Shown here piece after piece: positions 26,888 to 41,042 of a stretch of DNA of 64,000 nt. Source of the DNA: Lingula anatina (taxonomy: Eukaryota > Animalia > Brachiopoda); NCBI GenBank assembly GCA_051362555.1, contig CM120645.1:19158001-19222000 (forward strand). The letters run 5' to 3'. Numbering within the stretch: position 1 is the first letter of the stretch; each line of letters begins with the position of its first letter. The translations under genes and the position numbers were made by a program. Below the pieces are notes generated by a model, which did not search any database, was not told the DNA's origin, and saw nothing but the letters and a program-made list of their open reading frames with translations.

Positions 26888-29800
26888 TGTGTGATTGTGT
26901 AAAAAAATTATCATCGGTCAGCTCAAGACTCATATCCTCTAATTTAATAGCAGCTTACATAAACTGATTTCTGGTATAATCGAGCTGTTTCAAACAATAA
27001 ATGACATTTACTGCATAAATTGTGAGCAAGGAAATGTTACATCAAGCAGTATAACAAACTGGTGACATTTGTATCAAATTACTCTTGAATAGAATACACA
27101 AAACAAACCTGTCCTTTATTCAGTAATGTTACACATACTCAGATGGAAAAATGAAGCCATACAATTATATTAATGCAAAGAGCAATGTTCCTTTTTTCAT
27201 CAGAATGTCACAGCCTGAATAAATGATATCAGAAACAAGAATGTCATTGATGAATGTAGACACAGTTTCCAACTAAATTATTTCCTTTATTATATATTAC
27301 CAAAAGTTGAAGATTTTACAAGGAAATAAAAGGCTAATTATATAAAACTTCTGTCACTGAAACATAATCATGGCAGATCACAAATTCATGTTATATTTTA
27401 TTTAAACATTGTGAAATAAATAAAACATGTATCAGGAAATAATTTTAAGCATGCTCTAACAGGCACAAATTGCCTGAAGTTCCATACAACAGTCTTACTC
27501 CAGATAACTTAATAAAGGCATCCATTAATGCCAGTAGTCCCTTTAGAAAATTTCCTGGTAAGATTAAAGATTTAAAACATTTTTCATTTCATGTCTAAAA
27601 AGAGTGCCATCTGTCTTTTAAGAAAAGTATCTGGTATGCAAGTCTCCCCCCCCCCCCCCCCATGACAATGTAAGTCTCTCCCCCCCTCCCCCCGCCAAAA
27701 AAAAAAAAAAAAAAAAAAAAATTAAAACATGATAAAAATTTTCACCAGATGCTGTTTTAGTATACAGCAACTCCAAGAGGTACAAGTATTCTTACTATAA
27801 TGTTTTATCTGAATCAGACAGAGGATAATGACAATTTCAGCTGGCCAACTCCTGCCCATTCCAAAACCGTTTCAGCCAGACACTGATACTGGCAAACTTT
27901 AAGTTCAACCAGGGACAATGGCGGGCACATTAAAGTAATAGCCAAACTAAATGGCAAACGAGACAGATGGCGAAAAACTCAAATTTTGGTCGTATCAGAA
28001 GCCAAAAGTCTGCTTCTATGGATATAAAGTTAAGAAATACAGTCTATAGGCGTCTTAGAAAGGGATTCATTTTGAACATTATGGTACGAGGGCACTGCAT
28101 ACAAACAGCTATTTTTGTACTTCGTTTCAGGGTAAAAACTTATCTCAGAACTAGTTTGGCACAATTGGAATCCCACTGAAGGCAAGGGCTATCCAACATC
28201 ATTATAATAAAGAGTTCATTAGTAAGTGCATCTGCATTAGTTGTACATTTGAGCTTGTCTGGAAACTGCTGGGACATCAAAACACACTCCAATACCAAGG
28301 GGGGTGAAAAATTGTTTGAAAGAATACATGGAAGTAATTATATAATATGTGAAGAGCTGTCACATTGAAAAGAACAGTTGGTAAAACTTATTCTGCCAAA
28401 GTTTTATTAGATGGAAAAACAATTTAGTTACACATACAGAGAGAGAGAGAGAGAGAGAGAAAGAGCACTAAACTGACATACCAATTCAATCGAGCCAGAC
28501 AGACAGGCAGAGAGAGAGACAGATGAAGACAGATTGATCATACAGATCTAGTGCTCGTCTTTACAGATAAATTAATTAGTTTAGATATGTAAGATACACA
28601 TTCCAACAACTGTGATATAATCCAAACAACAGAGCAAACTAATTTCTTTGACATTTTGCTATACTTTCAGTATAATTGTTTCAGCATAAGCAAAAGAAAA
28701 AGAGAATGTTCTGGTTATGTACTTCATGGGTGGAGGGTTTTATAAAGTAATCATATCCTATAAAATATCATATCCTCTGGAAAAATAGTTTATATTGTAG
28801 ATTTATATTGCAAAAGATGCAGATATAGAATCTGATAATTTTGCCTATAACAATAATGGAAATGATACATTCATAAGAAAATGGAAAGCTAGACAGCAAA
28901 GCTGGCAAATAGACAGACACTTAAAAGCAAAAATCATCCAAACATCTAGAAAACACACACACACACACACATTCTGTGTTTGTATGTATAAAGGGAAACA
29001 TGTCTTTACAATTGGAAAAAAAGTCCTTGTTAGAGTCCAGTAGCACTGTGAATGTGTGTGCATGCATATACACGAGTGGCCAATACCCCAGCTATATGTT
29101 TGTATCTTTATCTCTGAAATTTCTAATTAAAAAAATCTTCTCATTCATCCAAACTACCTGTGCTTGAGTTGTTATGTCTTTATCAGTGTCAAATCCAGGG
29201 TAATACAATGCAATTCAATGTTTTAATTTTATCTTTTAAGATGGTTTATAAATAAATTTATTGCTTATTTTATAAGGCGAGTAGCCCCCACCACCCCTAT
29301 GCCTACCACCAAGCACACACACATTTTGGTGGCTAATGGGACATATTAGCAGAAAAATATGCTTCTGTGGGTCTTGGTATGTGTCTTAGCTTCCCCTCTA
29401 TTAAGGTGGGTCAATTTAATTCTGAGCCTGCCCTTCTTCCCCTTAAAAAATGAAAGTAGTTTATCTTTTATTGTTGGTGGACATTTTCAAGTAATATATA
29501 TATAATTTAAAAAACTGGAAATTCAGATTAACTATACAGCTAACATCTATTTAAACCCACATAAGCATGAAAAAAAATACAAAAATTGTGCATAAGAAAT
29601 CAAACAAATGAAAAAGAAAAACTGCATCTGTTCCTTCAATTTCCAGTCAAAGCTCCCTCCTTTCCAAAGGGAAAAAAAAATCTAAGACAATTTCCATAAG
29701 ACCATCCTCCAGATTTGCAGACAGATATCTAACAAGACATCACACCAATCAATCTTGGAGGACTATTTCAGAATCATGAGCAGTTATCGTATGGCCGCAC

Positions 29801-32800
29801 TTAACCAGGGTCGGACTACTTTCAGAGCAGTGGCGCACTTTCCATAAATTCTCCATCTAATTTCCAATCACTGCTGCCCCAGACAACCATCTACCCCTTA
29901 GGTTAAGCATCATTTTTCCTTGAATTCCCAGAACTGACAGCTACCCGGGACGACCGAGGTATTAGCATAGCTCCTATTCCCTGGAGTCTTTTGGCCAATG
30001 AGTGAGAAGATAACATGGCAATGTAGGTCTTTTGATTAAGATGGGCTACAGCATAAGGAGCTGGCGGTGGCTGGTTCACACATATTGGCTGAGAATATCT
30101 CTCAAAATTTAGATTTGCTGAAATCTACATGACTCACTCATCTTTCGGTCATTGCACTGTTGATATCTATATTCAACCACAGAATTTCAGCATTTATTCG
30201 CTGAAAAACACTTTCTACTACTGCTGCTGGCAAATCCGTGTACATTCCAAGGTCAAAGAAATTATGCTTTTAATCAAAGGACTAAATGAGGGTATATTAT
30301 TCACTAGGGAACTTGCGAGTGAAATGTTTCTATGCCCCCACCAACCCACCAAAAAACAATACAGGAAGAAAGGGAACACATACATCTGAATGAAGGAAAA
30401 AATATTTTATTTATAATAGCATTTAGAAAAGCTCAAGGCAAGTGAAGTGAACATTAGAAAAAACTGGGGTCTTGTAAGCTATAGGTAATTCAAGGCATTA
30501 TTTATAGAAGAATATTTTAAGAAAAAAATTTGAGAAGAAAAGAGGCAATCTAAAAAAAAAAAAAAAAGTCTACAAAATGCATTCAAATCAGAGCACCAAT
30601 TACTAAATGGGCACTAACTGTAACCTTGAGATAAATGTAAAATACAGATTGGCAAGCATAAACCAGACTATAGTTCAAGGTAATTACAGTAATGCCTACG
30701 GTAATTATTGTCAAAATGTGAGCAAAACTGATTATCTGTACTTTCAAAATATTTATTTTCATTTTAGTACTAACATTTAATTATAAGAAGACAATTTGAA
30801 AAAAAAAAAAAAAATCGGTAAGGTTGATCTATTACATATGTGTTGTTTTTGCAAGTTCCTAACACTGTTAACAAATTAAAAAAATATAGAACAAGTGTTT
30901 GATATTTGTGAAAAAATACCGTATCAATGATTCAGACAGATGGCTTTGCAAGCACGATGAATTGAAATATGTGAAACTGAGGCAGCATATAATATGTACT
31001 TTTAACTCCAAACTGTTCCAAAGGTAGTTAGTCATTAAAAAAAAACACTCAATATTATCAAAACTATTATCTTTTTTTTTTTTTTTTCATATTTCAGTAA
31101 AAGGTTTATAGCATAGGAGCAATGTTTCTATACTGGAATGGTGCTGCTGATGTATATAGTATCTACATGTATTTTGTACTATACATTTGTTCTGCATGCT
31201 CTTGATTGGAAATAAATTATTTTAGGGAGCTTAAAATAAATGCATTTCTTCACTGTGCATTACTGACACAGAAAGTTGCAGTTACCAATATCAAGCATTC
31301 AATTACTTCAAGGACAAAAAAAAAAAAAAAAAAATGCTCAAATACTTTGTAGGTTGGCCGTAGTATATGTTACTGTTATAATTCCTGTTATTGATATTCC
31401 TTTATTGATATAAATAGAATTTCATGTTGTACCATTTCTTCTGTTCCCTATTACAGTGTATTACCAGACACTTGTGCAGTAGTGCTGACATCTGCGTCAC
31501 AACGATAAATTGTTATATATGTAGAAGTTATAGTGTTACTGTTATGATAATCGTTACGTTTGTGGCATTGACATGGTTATTCAGTGATTTGGCCTCCACT
31601 TTATTTATAAAATAGAGATAAAAAAAATACCATATTTACAATACTCATTCTGCACGACATTTTCTTTGGCTATTGTATAATATTTTGATCAATTGATTAA
31701 CATTAATAAAAATTTTAACTAATTCATTTAGGCATTACTGTAATGCAAATATGACTTCAAAATGTTACCAGTTCAAGAACAACAACATTAACATGATAAA
31801 AGTTCTGAAGATATCTTCTGTAAATCAGAAGTGTGGAAAAACTACCTCTGTAAATTCACTGTAATGTACCTTTTCCGCACAATTGCTGCTAGGAAACAAG
31901 GTGATACAATCTTCCTAGAAGACTTAGAGGGTAATTTATATATATTAATTGTTAGATAATTGGAAGAATGAGTATTATCATTCATATCATGGAAGGAGGG
32001 GTATGCAAAATTTTAGGAGAATAATAAATTCATAAAGATTTTATGTATATATATATATATATATATATCTTGTGATTCCAAGTTGCAGAAAATTGTGTGG
32101 GCGCATGCACAAACACACACAATCATACACAACCTTCACATACAGACATACAAAAAAAAAAAAAAAAGGAAAAAAAGTGAAGTCAAAAGTGAAGTCAAGT
32201 CAAAAGTGAAGTCAAAGAGTTCATCCGAGGTACATATATTAATAGCTCCAGTATTCCCAAAGCATTTATCCACAACTGTTCCCCCATAAATTTTTGGCAA
32301 TGCATCTGTCTATCTCTCTGCTCATCTGCCACAAGGTGAACACCCCAGACATTGCACTGGTAGTTACACTTAAAAAAAAAAAAAAAGAAAGAAAAAATAA
32401 TGATGTGCAAATTGATCTTCACAAAAGACCTGACTTGGTCACTGTATACCCTGAGGTACTGGTAGTGAACAAAGGAATAGCTCCGGTTCAGGCCAAAGAG
32501 CACCTGTTCACACTGAAATGTTTTTTGTGCATTCTAAAACTGTACTCAACAGATCAGATCCCATATACATACATACATACATACATACATACATACATTC
32601 ATACATACATATATAGAAACAAACACAACCAAATAGAAGTCAATTGTAATACACTGAGCTGTGTTAATAATGATTAAGCTTTTGCAACCAGTTGGTTCCT
32701 GTATCTACACCAGGAAAAGGGAGGAGGAGTTGGGGGGATCAAACCATAATTGTTCTCAGCAGATACACTAGTATTCGTTTTTGTGATATTAACATTAATT

Positions 32801-34046
32801 GAATTGCAATACAAAATCTCTTTTAACCCTACCCAGTGGTAATACATTGCTGCCTTAGAAATTACAAGCCAAGGAAGAGATTTCAGGATTTTTTTTCTTA
32901 CTGATCTAAAATGACTGAATACAAACCTACATTTTGGATCATTTGAACGGTACCATCAGCTCACATTGTCAAGTCAGAGCATTAAGGCACTAAGAACTGA
33001 AATGTTTTCTATCAAAAGTGGCCAAATATGAATGCAGCCCTACATTTTAGCTTCTCTGAAAGGTTCCATTTCAGAGATTGTCCAGTCAGGCCAAGATGGT
33101 GCTGAACGATGAACTTCATTGCACTTGACAATGACTATGCAGCCATTTCCAATTCCAGGGCTGATGGATCATTGAGCCAAGGCCCATGGGACATGTGGTC
33201 ATTCTCAGTAATGATTTGACTGCTAGGAATAGGGGAGACGTTGGCCAAGCAGACATCTATAATCACATAAAAATAGTTCTTTATGGTGTGGCTTATTGGT
33301 GGCTGAAACCATGCATGCTGTACTTTGGCTCTGTAATGTCTGGTAACATTTGCTCTCATAGAAATTGCTTATGTTTACTCAGGGAATGCATATTATGGAG
33401 AGCCAAAAAAGAAAAAAAAAATTCTTTAAAAAATATTCATAAGATATCATACTTAGGTCATTTAAAGAGCATGCTATACACAATCAAAAGACGGACCTCT
33501 CTTGAAAAGGTATCATCATTTATGAGACACAATTATCATTCATTACATTGCACCTGTTCACCAAGATGTTCACACCAGACACCAATGAACTTTGGAGAAA
33601 TGGCAAGATCAGATAGCATGTTTTATACCTCTGGTCACGATTTCTCTGGTCTGGAAACATATGTAATTCCATCTGGCAAATTGAGGAAGTCCCACATTTC
33701 AGTATAAAATAATCAAATGAATTCACAAAATTTGTATTCATTTCGGGCTTTTGTACACATTGGTCACGTAAGACATATCTATGAAAGACAGTCTCATCTA
33801 TGAAGAAGAACATAAAACCATTCACAAGATTGAACAATCATGAACACCTGTTAAAAGTGGCGTCTGTTTCCGTCATCAGGTCCTCCCAAGACACCGATGC
33901 ACCAGACCCTTACTCTAACAATGCCATTGGTTACGGCTCAACGACAAGATGACATCAAATTATCACAGTGGGAGGTCACATGAGGAGAAGGGGTTGTGAA
34001 TTTCTAATTGAGTTTGAACGTCCTTGGTTACGTCTCGTTGGCGCAA

Positions 34047-34054
34047 TGACGTCA
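34047..34054. promoter_or_regulatory. Palindromic CRE TGACGTCA within a repeated CpG-rich module
   Basis: Exact match. The paralogous unit about 95 bp upstream has TGACATCA. Confidence 0.3.
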
Positions 34055-34249
34055 AACATCATTCACTGCAGGGTCATGTGTGAAGATGGGGTCTGGTGAA
34101 TCATTCACGTATAGTTACGCTGTTTATTCATGTGATCTTTTGACGCCAACGTTATGCTCCATCACATTGAGATTAGATTCAACAAGGAACCATGTTATAT
34201 CAGTGTTACATCCTCCACCAAAAACATTGTGCATTTGCTTTTGTTGGTT

Positions 34250-34445
34250 TACTGGTTTGTTAAGCTTACTTTACAGCCTTATTTAAACTCAGAAACTTAC
34301 GAGTAGGCCAGGAATGGACTAACCTAGAATCGATAAGATTTTGGTGGTGGTCCATCACATGGTTCATTAATCAAACAATTAATTTTTGATTATGATAACC
34401 GAGTTGCCTTGGCAAAAGTCTACACGTTTCGAGTGCGTTTTTAGT
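34250..34445 (+). mobile_element. Degraded Helitron/Helentron-like non-autonomous element end
   Basis: 3' end gccttggcaaaagtctacacgtttcgagtgcgtttttagt resembles the GCCTTGGCGGAGGTCTGCGCTCT..GAGTGC..CTAGT ends of animal Helitron-N/HINE elements (recalled resemblance). Left boundary is approximate. Confidence 0.35.
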
Positions 34446-34612
34446 AATGACATAATTGACCTGATTGGTGCTTACATGCCTTTTACAACTGTGCATAATT
34501 ATGCCCCTTATTAATAATAACTAAAGTCTAATTCGTTTCTACAAAACTGAGGTCTTATGAGATACCCGTTTTATGCTAGAACGCATGCGCACTAGCACAT
34601 ATCTTTACTTAC

Positions 34613-34696
34613 TTGTACAGTTTTTGCAATGCAACATGACATATGTGCGATTTTTGATAATATGCCTCATATCATAATCGATTATATGTATCTTTG
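34613..34696 (-). CDS. Candidate 84-nt symmetric phase-1 exon (xKIHIIDYDMRHIIKNRTYVMLHCKNCT)
   Basis: About 70 nt of CT-rich tract upstream, first downstream AG (tcaag|), donor CAA|gtaagt. Open only in phase 1. Confidence 0.45.
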
Positions 34697-35617
34697 CTTG
34701 ACCAATATAAATATGTAAGAGAGAGAGAAAGAGAGAGAAGAGGGGCTTAATGAAAAGAGAGAGAAGGAAAAAGAGGCACTTCACTTTCTGAATATCTTCA
34801 ATCCATATCATAAACTATGAATGAATAGCAGCTATATATGCTACAATCTTCATTTGAAGACCTAAATTGTGTGTGAATCGAAAGCCATGCATGTCAACTA
34901 CATAACAATTGTTCAGTGTTTTGATGTTCAAATCCAGTCTGAATATATTTAGTCTCTTTTCCAAAGTCACAGAGATTGCATGCAAGGTGACCAAAGAGAT
35001 TTAACAACAAACTTGAGAATTAACACCGTGTTAATGGCATGCAATCTAGAACCAACAGAACAATTTCCAAGAAAAAGTAAACATCTGAGTGTGCTAAGAG
35101 CAGAGATTATGAAATCAAGCATATCATTTTCAATTAATCAGCATCAATCAAAACATACATGATAAACATAACTGCCTTTCATTTCTTGGAAATTCTGTCT
35201 ACCTTAGAATCAATCAAAGGGGTTTCTTGGGAATCGGATCGCTCATTCCCCCTGTGCTTTGTTATCAAAACTTTCACCCTATCTCAGACTACCAGACAAA
35301 GCTCATGCCTCATTAACTTTATTAAAACAAAAGTAATGAAATTTGCTGATGATTTTCCTTCTAAAAGCAGCTTTGTTTATGACACCAAGGTTCTATTCTT
35401 TCGCATTTGTAACAAAGTTAAGATACCCCAAATGAAATAATTCAATTGGAATAATTTGATTTCTTTTCTTAGCACAGATAGGTTTCCTAGTCCATGTTTC
35501 TCGTATTTCTCTTTGATAGTGTTAAAACAAAGGAAAGACAAAAATCAGGAGAACATGAATTGAACTACAATGCACAGACTTCACATTTTTATGTACAGAC
35601 AAATTTGTGTCTATACA

Positions 35618-35777
35618 CAGGCCCGTAGCCAGCAATTTCAAAAGGGGGGTTATTTTTCTGAAAAAGTGGACCTTTTTCTATAAAAAACTTCATGCACCTA
35701 GATCAATTTTTACCCAGAGTGGACCTATTCCCAGCAAAAAGGGCGGTTCTTTCGAACCCCCCCTGGCTACGGGCCTG
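35618..35777. mobile_element. CAG...CTG MITE with 5-bp TSD
   Basis: Perfect 15-bp TIR CAGGCCCGTAGCCAG / CTGGCTACGGGCCTG, TSD ATACA (35613-35617, 35778-35782). Confidence 0.85.
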
Positions 35778-35782
35778 ATACA

Positions 35783-36634
35783 TATATCATCACCTGCGTC
35801 TGTGGTTGACATCGCCGCTGTATACTTTCAGAGATAGCACAATAAGTGAAAAATCATTTGCCCTATTGACTTCAAACTAACAGCTCTGATGAATCTTCAT
35901 AAAATACAGGACAAGTTTGAAAATCAGCTTGATCGGACTATTTTGCCAAAAGTTCTGCTTTTTTCAGGATATATGCACTACATATAACACATTAAGTGGA
36001 GAAGTGGTTAACCTATTGTCTTCAAACTTACAGGAGTGATCAATGTTCATAAAATGCAGGACGAGTTCAAAAACAATCCTGATGGGATTATTTTTCTAGC
36101 AGATATAAAGTTATTGGTGAAATGTTCATTTTTCACATAATGGCATTTTCAAGTTGTGATTTTCAACTTTCATGGGCCTGAAGGCCTTTGAATTGCTGGT
36201 CACATCTCCTGAATATCCATGATACTTCTATTATACTTTAAAAATGGTGGTGATTATGCTGTTGCATGTAAACAATATGCAATATTGCATCAAAATGGAT
36301 GAAAAGCCTATTTTGGGCACTGCCACCTTAATGGCCATTAAAGGAAAACCATGTTACTTATGATTCTCAAACTTACAAAAAGCTTCACAGGACTGAAATG
36401 CATAAGCCTACACTGGAAAACCAACCTGATAAGCTTTTTTTTCCAGAGGTAATGCAGTTTTTCAGAAATGGTATTTTTCACTTATTGGCATTTTCAGTTA
36501 AGGACTTAGACCTCCAACAGCATGAAGTTGGATGGTAGTGACATTTTCTGAACGTCCATATTCTGTACAGAAGATAAATAAAATTGGTGGTGATTATGCA
36601 GTTATTAATTATGTAGCTTTGCATCAAAATTGAC

Positions 36635-36665
<31 letters not shown>

Positions 36666-37000
36666 TGCACTGCTATCACAAATCCTGTTACTTCTTATTT
36701 TCTAACTTACAAGAATGATGCTTAGGCTTGATATACAACTGAAATGAAAACCAGCTGGATAGAATTATTTTTCTTGACTTAATGTAAATTTTTTTTTTTT
36801 TCTTTTTGAATTTTCATTTCCAATTCTGGCATTTTCAAAGTGTAAATTGATACTGAAGCCTTATCCTTATTGCATATTCTGAATATCCGTGTTTCTTATT
36901 GTGCATATTTAAAATTTGGCATTGATTTTGTTGTTTTAACAACAATTTTGTAATACTGCATCAAACTGAGAAAATAACCTATTGCATGCATCATTCTCTG
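35783..37000 (+). mobile_element. Old repeat with internal 150-350-bp degenerate tandem modules (Helentron/HINE-like)
   Basis: Recurring modules ttcaaact(a/t)acag...aaaatRcaggacRagtt, tggcattttca, ggtggtgattatgc and ttgcatcaaaat. Boundaries are approximate. Confidence 0.4.
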
Positions 37001-37947
37001 CTTTTATGTCTGTATATTTGACAGCTTTGCTGCCTTTTTTTTAATTTCTATAAAATCTTTAAAAATTAAAAATAGAAAACTTAATCCATTTGCCAAGCTA
37101 CTTTTTTTAGCATTGTATTCAATCCCCAGTCTTATTATTTATTATGCTTGACAAAGTGTGGACGTATAGGGTTTTTATCTATGGCATAGCCAAGCAGGTT
37201 TAAAGGTTATAAATTTAGTTTTCTTCTGCACCTCAAAATCTTCCGATTTTTGCAAATAAGAAATTTCCACAATGGATTCTATGACGATTAGGTCAGGGGC
37301 ATAAGCTTGTTTTATTCCTTTTTTTTTCCAAAAAGAAAAAGTTCATTCACCCTTCAATTAATATTAAAACCACCTAAAATGCACCTCATACATGAAAAAA
37401 CATTTACGACATCACTTATTAAAACTAGAGGAAAAACAGGTAAATGGGCAATTAGGACCACTTATAATGATGGCACAAAGACAATACCGTATATACAACG
37501 TACTAAATCAACACTTAGCAAAATGGAAATGCCCAATTTTTTCCACAATTTTATCAATTAAATGATTTACTTAAAAACTAGGTTTTGTTAATCTGATAGC
37601 AACAATTTTGCTTGTTTAAAGTGAAGCAGCCCATTAACAAACATGATAGATGGAAATAGGCTCCATTTTCAGAGCGTTCACCCTCTTGGTCAGTTAAGGT
37701 CAAGTTGCTGGTGTCCAGGGGTCAAACTTCAACACGTGAAAGTATGATTAAACAGAGGATTAACGAGGAGCGGTCACTGCCACAAAAGGTCATTCACCAT
37801 CTTAACAAGGGCAGTCAATCATTGGGCGTGTGAGGTCAAAAGTAGTCCCTAGATATTTTTAATGTGTGAAGTCTTTATGTGTTATTTTTAAAAGCCTCTA
37901 ATGTCATATAAATATCTTTAATAGGGGTTCAAAAATGTTCCTACACT

Positions 37948-38064
37948 AAACCTTTTTACACATAAAACTGCATGGTCTATTCTTGTAAGTTAAATATTCA
38001 TTAAAAAACCTTTTTACACATAAAACTGCATGGTCTATTCTTGTAAGTTAAATATTCATTAAAA
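37948..38064. repeat. Perfect 58-bp tandem duplication
   Basis: aaacctttttacacataaaactgcatggtctattcttgtaagttaaatattcattaaa occurs twice. Confidence 0.9.
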
Positions 38065-38814
38065 TCATTGATAAACTTGAAGTTGATGCAGAGAAGTATG
38101 AAACAAAAAGATAACAGGCCAATCTACTGAAGTTATAAAGAAACAAAGGTGACAACACCAAACTTGTTAATTGGGGGAGTATTGCCTTGCAAATGATTAT
38201 TACAGTGACTGCTCAAAAACTATGACCAACTCGCACATTTTAATATAATTTTTGTCTCCCTAAGATTCATCAATTCATTAGTTACACAAATATACTACTT
38301 TCTGGCATGAACTTAATTTTTAAACTTGACTTCTCAAACTTTTGCATAATCAAACTTTCTAAATTATAATCCTTATGAGGCACTTAGAACAAACAAAACC
38401 AGTTTTAACAAAAAAAAAAAAAGAAAAAGAAAAAAAGAAAACAAAAGGGAATATTTTCAAAACTCTTTAAAAAATTCACCAAAAAAACATTTGTCACTAG
38501 TAGCATTAAGTATCTGGAAAAAGCTCATGCAATGTCAACAGTAATTAACAAAATAATAAGGAATTAGCACAAGGCTTATACTGAGGCTTAAACAGTCAAA
38601 CTGGCATCAACAGGTATGTGCAGATTACATACTGTGTGGTTCCCTCTCTCAATGACCTCTTCTAACCCCCGTCTCCCCTCGCCCCCACCAACTTCTCACC
38701 CCCTCCCATCACCCTTTCTAACCTTACCCTACCATACACTGTCTCTTACCCCCTCCAGGCCTGCAGCCAAGGTAGGGTGGGGTGGTGAGTTGTGGTGAAA
38801 TAGATGGAAAGTAG

Positions 38815-38981
38815 CAGGGGCAGATTTAGGCCATTTTCTGGGTCTTCCGGAAGACGGTCAGATTTTCAAGTTTACATTGACGGGTATCAAATTTTTCTGT
38901 CGGAAGACGGTCAAAAATGGAGGATAGATCAACAAAGATAATTTGGAAGACTGTCAGAATATATATCTGGATCCGCCCTTG
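38815..38981. mobile_element. Second copy of the 10141-10308 MITE
   Basis: TIR CAGGGGCAGAT / ATCCGCCCTTG, TSD AGTAG (38810-38814, 38982-38986). Internal ggaagac(g/t)gtca sub-repeats are shared. Confidence 0.85.
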
Positions 38982-39599
38982 AGTAGGTTCCATTTTCAGT
39001 GCGCTCACCACTTTTCACAGTTTTTTACCATTAAAAAAGGTCCGCTCTGGATGAATATTGATTAGTACACAGGGATTTCATGGTAAAAGACGCACTTTTT
39101 CATAAAAAAAGGACCGCACCTTTGAAACTGCAGGCTTCCCCATCAAGTACAGCACACTATTTTGTAAGAAACACATTGTCCTTAGACTTATCAAGGGTAT
39201 CTGATGTCACTAACAACACACTTTACACTCATCATGTGTCCTAAATTGACCCGTGCCTGTATTCCCTGTTGTTAATTTTATTAATTAGAAAACATGTTTC
39301 TTGGTTTTGACATGCCTTTTCTGTTGAATATATATGCATTTCATGGAGGCTCTGTTTCTCAGAATACAAAATTCTAAAATTATGCATGAGCCTTTGTATG
39401 CTGGTGCTGAAGCCCAAGACTGAACAACTGCACCTTAGAAAATCATATACCATTTAAATGTCAATTTTCCCAAGAGATAAAAAATATTTAAGTTAGATTT
39501 TTTTTGAACATGCTGATTAATATATATGTTCTTAATCTTACATTTTCGGTCACAACAACTTATATTTCACAAATATCTCAAATTGCATATCACTGCATG

Positions 39600-39910
39600 G
39601 GGCCTGTTTCCCAAAGGAACAAGAAGCCCAAAAAATGGGTCTGAATTTTTAGACCACACATTTGGTGTTAATCAGTTCAAGAATAATTCAATTGTCCACT
39701 TATAGTGGGTTTGAGCTGAAACATCATGCAGTTATGGGTTTGTTCCAAAGCCATACACATTTTTTTCTTCTTCAACAGAGCATTTTATTGATTTATCTTA
39801 AGGAAAAATAGACAAAAATTGGTTCAAAACTTTAAAATTAGGCCAATTTTGGGATTTATTATTATTATTATTATTTTATCATTATTTTTTTTATTTTTTG
39901 AAACAGGTCC
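39600..39910. mobile_element. Possible Harbinger-like MITE (GGGCCTGTTTC TIR)
   Basis: gggcctgtttc / gaaacaggtcc. Flanks are atg and ctg (degenerate 3-bp TSD). Confidence 0.45.
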
Positions 39911-41024
39911 CTGATTCTTAAGTCAACGCCTACAGTTAGATTACCTATGTGTTATCAGGTGTGTGATTGATGTAACACAGAGGTATTATATCACACATGG
40001 TCATGTCAGGTGAATCCCGCGGCACAGAAACTGGTAAACACAATAATCTAACTTGTCTCTCCTTTAATGATAAGCTTAATGAGGTTTATCCCATAGTGGT
40101 AGCATACCAACACAAATATAGTATGTAGTTGGTGGTACATTTCTTTAAAAATAATTAAAACGATAGTTTCTTGAAGTTCCTAAATCTAAAAACCCTTTTG
40201 ACTAATGTTCTTCACTCATTTAAAAAAATGGTTTGCTTTTCCTTTATGTCTTAAAATAATTTGCTACTTTGACTTCGTTTTCTTTGTATCCTTTCTTATT
40301 TATTTCTGTCACCTTTTCTTTCTTTGTTCCCCTCTCTTACTGTGTCCTTTCCATGCTAATGTTCTTTTCCTGCAGGGAACAAAAGAAACATGAGCACAAC
40401 TGCATCATTTTTATGAAAATCATACCTCAATTTCTTTTTTTTTTTTATTTACAAAGGCACCTATCACAAAAGAAAAAAATAAAGATACAAAACATCAACC
40501 AAGTCACAGAAAATGACAAAAATATCTTGACCATTTAGGCTATGCATTTGCACTGCCAATAATATCACAGTCTAAAAATGGGTGGTCCAAGCTATTCAAT
40601 ATGGAAAAGACATCACCAGGTTTTCTACTAGAAAATGTCCTTAAAAACATGTTTTTCCCATACCAAAGCCAGTAGCATGACGGTCAGCTTGTAAGAAAGG
40701 GCAGAAATGCCCAGCATGCCCCCTGAACATATTTTTGGCCTACCTACCCTTTAAAAAACATCTAGTAGGTGACTGACCCACCTTTTAAGTTGATGACCTT
40801 TTCTTTAAATGCAGTAAGTGTGGCTGAATCACCCTTTACAAAGATCAGAATGTTCCCCTTTGCCCCAGCCAGTCTCTGCCCCCCCCCTCCCCCCACACAC
40901 ACAAATCGCCCTACAGCAACAGCTAACAATTCTTTTAATTTTAAGAGATTCAAGGTGCTGAGTACACGCTTAGAGAATGACATAATGCTATTATTAATAC
41001 TTAGATCCTGACAAATCCCCTTAC

Positions 41025-41042
41025 CTGTGTCACAGTTCCAAA
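41025..41042 (-). CDS. Weak candidate 18-nt microexon (xWNCDT, phase 1)
   Basis: Strong donor CAG|gtaagg, modest acceptor cttatggtcag|. Frame-preserving. Confidence 0.25.

Noticed and set aside
32195-32512. Minus-strand exon candidates near 32.3-32.5 kb
   Set aside because: The acceptor derives from a poly-A run, there is no good donor, and the phase-1 frame stops immediately.
33186-33707. Longest ORF in the track (173 aa)
   Set aside because: No recognisable domain, runs through poly-A tracts, and has no convincing splice signals.
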